Part shown: piece after piece, positions 8,726 to 17,139 of the stretch
Layout of the letters: each line of letters starts with the position of its first letter
How positions within the stretch are numbered: the stretch's first letter is position 1
Virus record (IMG/VR): IMGVR_UViG_3300012942_000127
Location: 1 to 25,025 of that record
Length of the DNA: 25,025 nucleotides
From: a virus
Taxonomy: Duplodnaviria > Caudoviricetes
Direction: 5' to 3' (one strand)
Notes under the pieces: generated by a model
The model's input: the letters and a program-made list of their open reading frames with translations, nothing else
Told to the model about the DNA's origin: nothing
Databases searched by the model: none
Position numbers and translations under genes: made by a program

Positions 8726-8753
8726 ACGCGCCCGAGTGGCGCGTTTTTCGTTT
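8726..8753 (+). terminator. intrinsic terminator upstream of the late operon (tR'-like)
   Basis: Stem ACGCGCC (8726-8732) / GGCGCGT (8738-8744), loop CGAGT, followed by TTTTCGTTT. Confidence 0.75.
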
Positions 8754-8917
8754 CTGCCTTAGTGTCAGAGGCGGCGCTGACGTGGCAGATAGGGCGATGA
8801 GGGCCGTGTCATCGCGTTGGGGGCCACGGCGCGCCGCCTCACCTTTCGCAACTTTGCGGGAAGTCAGATACGCGACGCGGGCCGACCATCGACCTCCGGC
8901 CCTCCACCCACCCCTTT

Positions 8918-8961
8918 GGGTCCTTCCCCGAGGCCGGCGCGTATGCGGAACGTCAAAGCGC
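8918..8961 (+). other. lambda-like cos site (cosQ plus cosN)
   Basis: GGGTCCT (identical to lambda cosQ) at 8918-8924, then 23 nt ending TATGCG (lambda: 23 nt ending TTACG), then GAACGTCAAAG-CGC. Immediately upstream of terS. Confidence 0.75.
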
Positions 8962-9030
8962 TTGAAACACGGAACATTTCGGGTTTTGCGCGGCTCGTTT
9001 TAAGTTTCCTGTTGTTGTTCAAGCGGATAG

Positions 9031-9627
9031 ATGGAAAACATCGACACTGGCCTGCCAGCCGGCGTTGTGGATGCGGTCCTCAACCGCGGCGAACTGGCAC
9101 GGGCACTGAACAAGAGCGAGCCGACCATCACGGCGTGGATCGGCGAGGGGATGCCGGTCCTCCGGCAAGGGACAAATGGGCAGGCCTACGAGTTCCAGCT
9201 CTCGGCGTGCTGGCGCTGGCTGAAGGCCCGTGAGCGCGCCGATCAGGAGAAGACCTCGGCGGCGCAGCAGGCCGTGCAGCAGATGCGCCTGGCGCTGATC
9301 GGCGGCAATGACATTGCCGATGATGATCGCATCCTCAGCCCCAAGCAGCGGCAAGAACTATACGATGCCGAGCGCGCCTACCTGCTGGCGGCCCAAAAGC
9401 GGGGCGAGCTGGTCAACCGGATCGATGTCGCCATCGTCTTCGAAAAGGTGTTCGTCATTATGCGCGACGCGCTGACCTCATTGCCGGACCGCCTCGAGCG
9501 CGAAATCGGCCTCACCGGCCGAGCCCTCGATCTATCGATCCAGATCTGTGACGGCGTCCTGGTCGAGGTGCAGAAGGAAATCGGCGACATGGCGCAGGCC
9601 GAGCAGCTGCGCGAGGCGGCCGAATAA
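9031..9627 (+). CDS. terS: terminase small subunit (gpNu1/DUF1441-like)
   Basis: 198 aa. Winged HTH LNRGELARALNKSEPTITAWIGEGMPV...GQAYEF, then a coiled coil, RGELV and LPDRLER. Precedes terL. Confidence 0.9.
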   Translation: MENIDTGLPAGVVDAVLNRGELARALNKSEPTITAWIGEGMPVLRQGTNGQAYEFQLSACWRWLKARERADQEKTSAAQQAVQQMRLALIGGNDIADDDRILSPKQRQELYDAERAYLLAAQKRGELVNRIDVAIVFEKVFVIMRDALTSLPDRLEREIGLTGRALDLSIQICDGVLVEVQKEIGDMAQAEQLREAAE

Positions 9628-9629
9628 AC

Positions 9630-11792
9630 ATGCTGCTCGATCATGATTATCGCCGCAGCGGGGGCGTTCTGCCGCCGCTCGCCTCGGCATGGGAGTGCGT
9701 CGCCGAGGCATTGCCAGCCGTCGCACCGGCGCAGCGCATCACAGTGCCGGAATCGGCGGCGCGGTATCGGATCGTCGAGGCGCCCGGCTATCGCGGCCCC
9801 TGGCGCAACGAAGCTGCCCCGCAGATGATCGAGCCGGCCGAGCAGATGACCTCACGCCGCTTCGAGGGCGTGATCTTTGCGGGACCGGCGCGCACGCTCA
9901 AGACGGACGGGCTCGTAGTGAACACGATCGCGCACCGCATCATGACGAACCCGCGCGATATGCGCGTCGTCCACATGAGCAAGGATACGGCCCGAGAGTT
10001 CTCGCTCTCGACCATCGACAAAATGATCCGCAACTCGCCGGCGATCCGCGCACGCCTGGTGCAGGGCCGTCGCTCAGACAACATCTTCGACAAGCAGTTT
10101 ATGGGCGGCATGCGGCTGACCATTGCATGGCCGGTGATTGCCCAGCTTTCGGCGGCGACGCTGCCGGATGTGCTCTTCACCGATTATGATCGTATGCCCG
10201 ACGACATCGACGGCGAAGGCGAGCCCTTCGCCCTCGGCAAGAAGCGCAACGAGACGGTCGGCTCGGTCGGCAAGACAGCGGCTGAAAGCTCGCCCGGCCG
10301 TCCGATCATTGACGATGAGTGGAAACCGTCTACACCGCACGAGCCGCCGCCGACGACAGGCATCCTCGCGCTTTACGGGCAGGGCACGCGCGGCCGGCTC
10401 TATTGGCCGTGTCCGCATTGCGCCAAGCTCTATGAACCCAAGTTCTCGCTGTTCCGCTATCCGCAGGGTGCGCCGCCGGTCGAGGCCAGCGAGCAGGTGC
10501 GGCTGATTTGCCCGCATTGCGGCTACCCGACGCCGCCGGAACTGAAAATGGAATTGCTCGCCAACTCGCGCTGGTTGCACGAGGCGGCGGATGAAGGGCT
10601 CGGCGGCTATCTCGCTGGCCTCACCACCATCGACGGGAATGTCCGCCGCTCGCCGCTCGCCAGCTACTGGATGTTCGGGCCGGCGGCATCGTTCCAGACC
10701 TGGCCGAAACTGGTGCTGGCCTATCTGCAGGCCGAGCAGGTCTATAAGCTGACCGGCGACGAAAAGGCCCTGCAGGTCACCGTCAACGTCGACCAGGGCG
10801 ACGCGTATCGCCCGCGGGCGATGGGCACGTCGTCGCTGATGACCGAGGTCGAGCTGAAGAAGCGCGCGGTCAAGCTGCCGGGCCAGGGTGTACCGGTCAA
10901 TACGCGCTTCATCACCGTGCAGGTCGACGTGCAGGCCAATCGCTTCGTGGCACAGGCGGATGCCTGGGGACCGCAGCTGGAGCGGACGCTGGTCGATCGC
11001 TTCGAGCTGTTCGAACCGGCCGATCCGGATAGTGAGCGGGCCATCGATCCCGCCCGTTATGCGCAGGATTGGGATTGCCTTTTCGCCCTCGCCGAACGCG
11101 AATACGAAGTCGATGGGACCGGCTATGCGTTGCGGCCGGCGTTCACCGTGGTGGATAGCGCCGGCCAGCCCGGCGTCACCGCCAATGCCTATAAATTCTG
11201 GCGCCGCGCGCGCAAGCGCGGCCTTGGCCACCGCATCATGCTGGTGCGCGGCAATCACGTGAAGCGCGGACTGCCGGATGCGCAGCGACGGGCTTATATC
11301 GCCTACCCGGAACGCTCGACGGAAAACGGCCGCACCAGGCAGCTCGACGTGCCGGTGATCTGGGTCGGGACCGATGCGCTGAAAGACGAAATCAGCGCGG
11401 CGCTCACCCGCGATGAGATCGGCGACGGGTCCTACAACGTCCTCGACCGCGTGGACCCGGTAGTGTTCGCGGAGCTGGCGGCGGAACGGCGCACCGACAA
11501 GGGCTGGGAAAAGCGGCCCGGCGTGGTGCGCAACGAAGCCCTCGACCTCGCCGTCTATGGCAAGGCCGTCGTCATCGTCAAAGGCGGCGAAAAGATCAAT
11601 TGGGCGGCGCCCCCTGATTGGGCTGCGCCCATGGAAACGAATGTCAACGCAGTGCTGGTCGAGGGCTTCGTCACGCCTGCGGTCGAGCCGTTCACGCGGC
11701 CGCAGGAAGAGCCGCTGCCATCAGCGACGATGCCGGCTCGTTCGCGCTCTGGATGGCTTGGCGGCCGTCGCCATGGATTTTTGGGGAGATAA
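9630..11792 (+). CDS. terL: terminase large subunit, lambda GpA family
   Basis: 720 aa. GPWRNE, Walker A-like GPARTLKT, FTDYDRM, ESSP, two CPHC motifs, nuclease VDVQANR, DSAG and RNEALDLAVY. Confidence 0.93.
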   Translation: MLLDHDYRRSGGVLPPLASAWECVAEALPAVAPAQRITVPESAARYRIVEAPGYRGPWRNEAAPQMIEPAEQMTSRRFEGVIFAGPARTLKTDGLVVNTIAHRIMTNPRDMRVVHMSKDTAREFSLSTIDKMIRNSPAIRARLVQGRRSDNIFDKQFMGGMRLTIAWPVIAQLSAATLPDVLFTDYDRMPDDIDGEGEPFALGKKRNETVGSVGKTAAESSPGRPIIDDEWKPSTPHEPPPTTGILALYGQGTRGRLYWPCPHCAKLYEPKFSLFRYPQGAPPVEASEQVRLICPHCGYPTPPELKMELLANSRWLHEAADEGLGGYLAGLTTIDGNVRRSPLASYWMFGPAASFQTWPKLVLAYLQAEQVYKLTGDEKALQVTVNVDQGDAYRPRAMGTSSLMTEVELKKRAVKLPGQGVPVNTRFITVQVDVQANRFVAQADAWGPQLERTLVDRFELFEPADPDSERAIDPARYAQDWDCLFALAEREYEVDGTGYALRPAFTVVDSAGQPGVTANAYKFWRRARKRGLGHRIMLVRGNHVKRGLPDAQRRAYIAYPERSTENGRTRQLDVPVIWVGTDALKDEISAALTRDEIGDGSYNVLDRVDPVVFAELAAERRTDKGWEKRPGVVRNEALDLAVYGKAVVIVKGGEKINWAAPPDWAAPMETNVNAVLVEGFVTPAVEPFTRPQEEPLPSATMPARSRSGWLGGRRHGFLGR

Positions 11793-11795
11793 CCT

Positions 11796-12002
11796 TTGCC
11801 GTGGACGCAAGCCGATATGGACAAGCTCAAGGATGCCATGGGCAAGGGGCTCCGCAGCGTCCGCTACACCTCGGGCGAGGTGCAGTACCAGTCCGTCGAC
11901 GACATGCGGAAGATCCTCGCCGACATGCAGCGCGATATCGACGCCGCGTCCGGCGTGCCAACCACTTCGCGCCGCGTCGCGCGATATAGCCGGGGCTTCT
12001 GA
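11796..12002 (+). CDS. head-tail joining protein, gpW-like
   Basis: 68 aa, TTG start after GGGAG. WTQADMDKLKDAMGKG..SVRY...VQYQS. Sits between terL and portal. Confidence 0.85.
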   Translation: MPWTQADMDKLKDAMGKGLRSVRYTSGEVQYQSVDDMRKILADMQRDIDAASGVPTTSRRVARYSRGF

Positions 12003-12007
12003 TCCGC

Positions 12008-13546
12008 ATGCGCACCAATCTTCTGGACCGGGCGATCCTCTGGCTGTCGCCCGAGCGCGGCGCCGCGCGCATCGAAGCGCGGGCTCGGGCCAGTGTCGCC
12101 GCTCGCCGGGCGACCATGCTCGAAAGCGTTTATGACGGCGCGACGCATTCCTATCGCAATTCGAGCCGCCGTTACCGGCCGGGCGATGCCAACTCGACGC
12201 TGATCCACGCTGCTCGCCGCCTGCGCTTTGCAGCCCGTGATCTGGAGCGGAACAATCCGATCGCACAGCGCGGCTTTTCGGTGCTGACCAGCAACGTCAT
12301 CGGCGCCGGCATTGTACCATCGGTGACGACGCCGCGCGGCGGCAACCGCTCGCTGACGGCGCTGCAGCAGCTGCTCAAGAGCCATTGCGATACGCCGAAA
12401 ATTGACGCCGCCGGCCGGCAGAATCTCTATGGCCTGCAGACGGTCGCCTTCCGCGCGGCTGTCCGCGACGGCGAAAGCCTGATGGTGCGCCGGCTGGCGC
12501 TGGCTTCGGAAGGATTGCCACTACCCTTTCAGGTGGCCGTGCTTGAGGCGGACTATATCGATGATCGGGTCAATGGCGTCCAGCCGAACGGCAATCTCGC
12601 AGTGCAGGGGATCGAGTTCGACAGGAAGGGCGAGGCGGTCACCTACCATCTGTATGATCATCACCCCGGCGATTTGACGATCTATACGGCCTTGAACAGC
12701 CGGCCCTATCCCGCGGCGGATGTCGTCCACCTCTATCGCATCGATCGGCCCGGCCAGGCGCGCGGCGTCAGCTGGATCGCGCCGGTGATCGTCCGCCTCG
12801 GTGATTTCGAGGATACCAAGGAGGCCTATGTCATGCGGCAGAAAATTGCCGCCTGCTTCGCCGCCTTCATCACCAAGGTCGATGCGGCCGGCAACCCGGT
12901 CGATCAGGAAACGACACCGAATGGCTCGCCGATCGAGACGGTCGAGCCGGGGATGATCGAGCATCTGGGGCCGGGAGAATCCGTCACCTTCGGCACGCCT
13001 CCCGTGGTCGGCGACCTGGAGGCGTTTTTCCGGGTCAATGCCCGCGATATCGCGGTCGGGTTGGGCATGACCTATGAGGCGCTCACGGGTGATCTCAGCA
13101 ACGTCAACTTCTCCTCCGGCCGCATGGGCTGGCTCGAGTTCCACCGGAACATCGGCGCCTGGACCTGGCAGATGGTGCTGCCGCAGATGTGCAGCAAACT
13201 CGGCCAATGGCTGCTCGACGGCCTGATGTTGATGGCCGTGGTGCCGACAGGCGCCACGATCGAATGGACGCCGCCGCGCCGCGAAATGATCGATCCGGCG
13301 AGCGAGCTGAAGGCGGCGGCGCAGGCGGCCCGCGATGGCCTCGGCACGCGCTCGATGTGGCTGCGCGGCATGGGCTACGACCCCGAGACGATCGATACCG
13401 ATCGCGCGACCGAGCTGCAGCGCGAGGCGACGCTCGGCCTGCTCTACGACACCAATACCTCGGCCGAGGTGGCCGCAAAGGTGCGCACCGCGCCGCAGCC
13501 GACGCCGGAACAAACCGCGCCCAACAGTCAGGAGGTCGATCAGTGA
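12008..13546 (+). CDS. portal protein, lambda family
   Basis: 512 aa. ARDLERNN, DGESL, EADY, QGIEFD, RPGQARGV and YEALTGDLSNVNFSSGRMG. Confidence 0.95.
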   Translation: MRTNLLDRAILWLSPERGAARIEARARASVAARRATMLESVYDGATHSYRNSSRRYRPGDANSTLIHAARRLRFAARDLERNNPIAQRGFSVLTSNVIGAGIVPSVTTPRGGNRSLTALQQLLKSHCDTPKIDAAGRQNLYGLQTVAFRAAVRDGESLMVRRLALASEGLPLPFQVAVLEADYIDDRVNGVQPNGNLAVQGIEFDRKGEAVTYHLYDHHPGDLTIYTALNSRPYPAADVVHLYRIDRPGQARGVSWIAPVIVRLGDFEDTKEAYVMRQKIAACFAAFITKVDAAGNPVDQETTPNGSPIETVEPGMIEHLGPGESVTFGTPPVVGDLEAFFRVNARDIAVGLGMTYEALTGDLSNVNFSSGRMGWLEFHRNIGAWTWQMVLPQMCSKLGQWLLDGLMLMAVVPTGATIEWTPPRREMIDPASELKAAAQAARDGLGTRSMWLRGMGYDPETIDTDRATELQREATLGLLYDTNTSAEVAAKVRTAPQPTPEQTAPNSQEVDQ

Positions 13547-15699
13547 ACCCGCTCATCATCAATGGCGAGCTGGTGCTTTATGGCACCGTCGGCGAGATCG
13601 ATTGGGACCTCGACGCCTTCACGGCGATCGATGTCATCGTCGCGCTGACGCTGCTGTCCGGCGACATCACGGTGCGGCTCAATTCCGGCGGCGGCTCGGT
13701 AGCGGAAGCACTGGGGATTTACAACGCGCTCAAGGCCTATCCGGGCAAGGTCACCGTCGTAATCGACGGGATTGCACTATCCTCAGCCAGCCTCATCGCC
13801 ATGGCCGGCGACACCATCATCATGAATGTCGGTTCGCTGATGATGATCCATGAGCCGAGCGCGCCGAGTTATGGCAATGCCGATGATCATCAGTCCGCGG
13901 CCGATCAGCTCGACAAGATGGCCGAGCAGGTGGCGGCGATCTACGCCGCGCGAGCTGGCATCACCCCGGATGATGCCCGGGCCATCATGAAGGCGGAGAC
14001 CTGGTTCACGGCCGAGGAAGCGGTTGCGGCGGGCTTCGCCGATGAGGCCGCGCCGGTCGTAGCCAAAGCCGTCGCTCTGTTCGACTTCCGGTCGTACCGG
14101 AATTCACCCGCATCGCTGACCGAGCTGGCAACAGCTTCCGCCACGATGTTCCAGCCGAAAGCGGCAAAAGCCGCGCAACCCAAGGAGACAGGCATGACGC
14201 TCGCCGAGCTGATTGCAATGCTGGCCGCGCGACTGAAGTCGCCGGCCGAAGATGTTACCATGATCTGCACCCAGGCCTCGGCACTCGGCCTCGACGTCAA
14301 GGGCGTCGAGACGCTGTTTGCCGCCGTCACCACGATGGCCGCTGCCAAGGATGTCCTCAAGGCAAAAGCCGCCGAAATGGTCGGCGTGCCTGCTCCGGCT
14401 CCTGCTCCCGCGCCGGCGCCCGCCGTCACGACGATGTCCGCCGGCGATCAGATGGAAGTGCTGCGCCGCGCCGGTCAGGCGGGCCTCGACCTGCCGGCGA
14501 CCGAAGCCATCATGGCCGCTTCGCGTACCAAGGATGCGGCCTTCGCCGCCATTATCGACAAGGTTGCCGAAATGCGCGGCAATCCGGCGACGCCGACCGC
14601 GACGTCGCACGTGACCGAGGACGCCCGCGACAAGTTCATCACCGGCGCCTCTCGCGCGCTGATGGCGAAGGTTGGTCTCAAGGGCGGCGAGCGCAATGAG
14701 TTCTCCGGCCTCAGTCTCGTGGAACTTGGCCGTGAATCGCTGATGGTGGCGGGCCGTCCGAGCCTCGAAGTGCGTCGGATGGACAAGATGCTGATGATCG
14801 GCACGGCGTTCACCATGGCCGGCGGTCTGCACTCCACCTCGGATTTTGCCTATATCCTGCAGAATGTGGCGCAGCTGTCGGTGCTCAAGGGTTTCCAGGA
14901 AGCGGAGGAGACCTATCAGCTCTGGACATCGGTCGGCTCGGCTTCCGATTTCAAGCCGATCAGCCGCGCCGATCTCGGGCTGTTCCCGGCTCTCGACCTG
15001 GTCGGCGAGGGAGCCGAATACAAATACGCCAAGATCAGCGATCGCGGCGCCACCGTCGTCGTCGCTACCTATGGCAAGATGATCGGCATCACCCGCCAGG
15101 CGATCATCAATGACGATCTCGGCTTGATCGGGACGCTGCCGATCAAGATGGGCCGTGCTTCCAAGCGTACCGTCGGAAACCTGGTCTATGGTGTCCTCAA
15201 CGCCAATGCCGCCCTCGCCGATGGTATCGCGCTCTTCCACGCCAATCACAACAATCTCGGCACGGCTGGCGCGCCGTCCGAGACCAGCTGGCAGGAAGCG
15301 GTCACGAAAATGGGCAAGCAGCAGGACAGCGACAAGAACGCCGTCGCGCTCAACATTCAGCCCAAATACTTCCTGTCGAGTGCTTACCAGTTCACCGCCA
15401 AGCAGCTGTTGCAGTCGAGCGGCTCGATCGCCGACAACAAGAGCGCGGCCGTAGTGAACACCGTGCAGGGGCTGGTCACGCCGATCACCGACCAGCGGAT
15501 CACCGGCAACCAGTGGTTCATGGCGGCCGATCCCAACCAGTTCGACACCATCGAGGTCACCTATCTCGATGGCGTGCAGGAGCCGGTTGTCGAAAGCCGC
15601 GACGGCTGGACGATCGACGGTACCGAATTGAAGGTGCGCCTCGATGCCGGCGTCAACGTCCTCGATTTCCGCGGCCTGTTCAAGAACGCCGGTCCCTGA
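13543..15699 (+). CDS. ClpP-like prohead protease / scaffold / major capsid fusion protein
   Basis: GTG 13543 after AGGAGGT (GTGA overlap), 718 aa. Protease motifs RLNSGGG, GIALSSAS, MMIHEP and ETWFTAEEAVAAGFAD. Capsid motifs HSTSDF, TYGKMIGITRQAIINDDLG, ALFHANHNN and IEVTYLDG. Confidence 0.92.
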   Translation: MNPLIINGELVLYGTVGEIDWDLDAFTAIDVIVALTLLSGDITVRLNSGGGSVAEALGIYNALKAYPGKVTVVIDGIALSSASLIAMAGDTIIMNVGSLMMIHEPSAPSYGNADDHQSAADQLDKMAEQVAAIYAARAGITPDDARAIMKAETWFTAEEAVAAGFADEAAPVVAKAVALFDFRSYRNSPASLTELATASATMFQPKAAKAAQPKETGMTLAELIAMLAARLKSPAEDVTMICTQASALGLDVKGVETLFAAVTTMAAAKDVLKAKAAEMVGVPAPAPAPAPAPAVTTMSAGDQMEVLRRAGQAGLDLPATEAIMAASRTKDAAFAAIIDKVAEMRGNPATPTATSHVTEDARDKFITGASRALMAKVGLKGGERNEFSGLSLVELGRESLMVAGRPSLEVRRMDKMLMIGTAFTMAGGLHSTSDFAYILQNVAQLSVLKGFQEAEETYQLWTSVGSASDFKPISRADLGLFPALDLVGEGAEYKYAKISDRGATVVVATYGKMIGITRQAIINDDLGLIGTLPIKMGRASKRTVGNLVYGVLNANAALADGIALFHANHNNLGTAGAPSETSWQEAVTKMGKQQDSDKNAVALNIQPKYFLSSAYQFTAKQLLQSSGSIADNKSAAVVNTVQGLVTPITDQRITGNQWFMAADPNQFDTIEVTYLDGVQEPVVESRDGWTIDGTELKVRLDAGVNVLDFRGLFKNAGP
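14389..14424 (+). repeat. (Pro-Ala)6 low-complexity linker
   Basis: cctgctccggctcctgctcccgcgccggcgcccgcc encodes PAPAPAPAPAPA in the scaffold region. Confidence 0.85.
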
Positions 15700-15731
15700 T
15701 CCGACAGCCGACTAGCAGCTAACCCCCGCGA

Positions 15732-15763
15732 ATGAGGCGCCTTCGGGCGCCTCATCGTTTTCT
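15732..15763 (+). terminator. hairpin after capsid gene (terminator or mRNA stabiliser)
   Basis: Perfect 10-bp stem ATGAGGCGCC / GGCGCCTCAT with a C(UUCG)G loop, followed by CGTTTTCT. Confidence 0.75.
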
Positions 15764-15799
15764 CACCCCCTTTTTGCAACTCCGCTATGGGAGAGTTCT

Positions 15800-16123
15800 A
15801 TGAAGAATTTCGTACAGGACGGCGACGTCCTCGACCTGCTGCTGTCCGCCGACGTGGCCGCGGGCGGCGTGGTGATCGCCGGCGATATCGTCGGCATCGC
15901 CATCACGGATGGTAAGAGCGGCGCCACCATCTCGGTGAAGACCAGCGGCGTCTTCGACTTGCCCTACGGCGTCAACGCCGCCGTAACTTTGGGGGCCAAG
16001 GTCTACTGGGATGGCTCCAAGACCACCGGAACGGCCACCGGCAACACGCTCATGGGTCATGCTGTGAAGGCAGCCGCTGCCAACGACGCCACCTTGCGCG
16101 TCAAGCTGATCGCGCAGGCCTGA
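15800..16123 (+). CDS. DUF2190-family capsid cement/decoration protein
   Basis: 107 aa. MKNFVQDGD, GVFDLP, GAKVYWD and GNTLMG. Directly follows the capsid gene. Confidence 0.88.
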   Translation: MKNFVQDGDVLDLLLSADVAAGGVVIAGDIVGIAITDGKSGATISVKTSGVFDLPYGVNAAVTLGAKVYWDGSKTTGTATGNTLMGHAVKAAAANDATLRVKLIAQA

Positions 16124-16464
16124 TGCGCCGCGACCTGGTCGAGGCGGCGCTGTCGAGCATTGCCTCGACTCTTTTTTCCGATGTCGATTTCACGCCGCCG
16201 GGCGGCTCGGTCCGGCGCATCGTTGCCGCGATCTCCGGTATCGAGATTGCTGCCGACGAATCGACCGAATATGGCGTCACCGCCGCGCGCATCGCGACCT
16301 ATCAGACGCAGGCGATCAAGACGCTTTTTCCGGATATCGCCGCCGGGGCGCTGATCAGCGAGTTGGACGATGCCGGCGCGTCCATCGGCGATTACGTTGT
16401 GCTCGACTGGAAGCCCTTCGGCGATGCCCGGCTGGAAATCCAGATCAGCCTTCGCCCGGCTTAG
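16123..16464 (+). CDS. putative head-tail joining (head closure) protein
   Basis: 113 aa. TGATG coupling and a position equivalent to lambda FII. Sequence support is weak. Confidence 0.6.
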   Translation: MRRDLVEAALSSIASTLFSDVDFTPPGGSVRRIVAAISGIEIAADESTEYGVTAARIATYQTQAIKTLFPDIAAGALISELDDAGASIGDYVVLDWKPFGDARLEIQISLRPA

Positions 16465-16470
16465 CCCAGG

Positions 16471-17139
16471 ATGCCAAGCCGCCTGCAAATCCAGGCGACG
16501 CTGGTCGGCAATCTTCCGGACTTCATGAAGGAAGAGACCGACCGCGCCGCCGCCGCCGTCAGCCAGGGTACCAGCAAGACCACCGACTGGCTGAAGGCGC
16601 AGTTGCGCAGCCAGATCATGGCGGCCTTCGGCTCGCAGAAGCTGGCCAATGCCTGGCGCAGTCGGGTTTTTCCGGCGCTCCCAAAAACCAGCATGGGCGC
16701 CGCCGGCGTCGTCTGGTCGAACGCGCCGCACATCATCGAGGCCTTTTCCGCCAACACTGTCATCAAGAGCGGCAAAGGCTTCTGGCTGGCTATCCCCTCG
16801 CCGGATTGCCCCAAGAGCTATGGCTACAAGCGCGTCACGCCGTCGAACTGGAACGATGCCAAATATGGCCCGCTCCGCTTCGTCTATCGGCCCGGCAAGG
16901 TCTCGCTGCTCGTCGTCGACAATGTGAAGCGCACCAGTGCCGGCAATGTCAGCGGGCAGCTGCAGATGCGCAAGAACGGCGGCTACAAGGCCGGTGCCAG
17001 CACGGTCATCATGTTCTACCTGGTCCCGCAAGTGACGCTGCGGCAGCGGATCGATCCGCAGGGCGCCTATGCCGAAGCGCTCGATCAGCTGCTCGACAAC
17101 GTCGTCGAGGCCTGGCAGGCGGCAGAGGAAAGTGAATGA
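16471..17139 (+). CDS. DUF6441-like tail completion / neck protein
   Basis: 222 aa. KLANAWRS, VWSNAPHII, GFWLAIP, LRFVYR and FYLVPQVTL. Confidence 0.75.
   Translation: MPSRLQIQATLVGNLPDFMKEETDRAAAAVSQGTSKTTDWLKAQLRSQIMAAFGSQKLANAWRSRVFPALPKTSMGAAGVVWSNAPHIIEAFSANTVIKSGKGFWLAIPSPDCPKSYGYKRVTPSNWNDAKYGPLRFVYRPGKVSLLVVDNVKRTSAGNVSGQLQMRKNGGYKAGASTVIMFYLVPQVTLRQRIDPQGAYAEALDQLLDNVVEAWQAAEESE

Noticed and set aside
8782-9003. 73-aa ORF between the terminator and terS
   Set aside because: Arg/Pro-rich, no family motif (not HNH or holin-like), and it overlaps the cos candidate. It cannot be fully excluded.
13189-13542. Extended starts for the protease-capsid ORF (also 3030, 4108, 4419 and 18567 for other genes)
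   Set aside because: They overlap upstream genes. Downstream starts with an RBS or stop/start coupling fit better.
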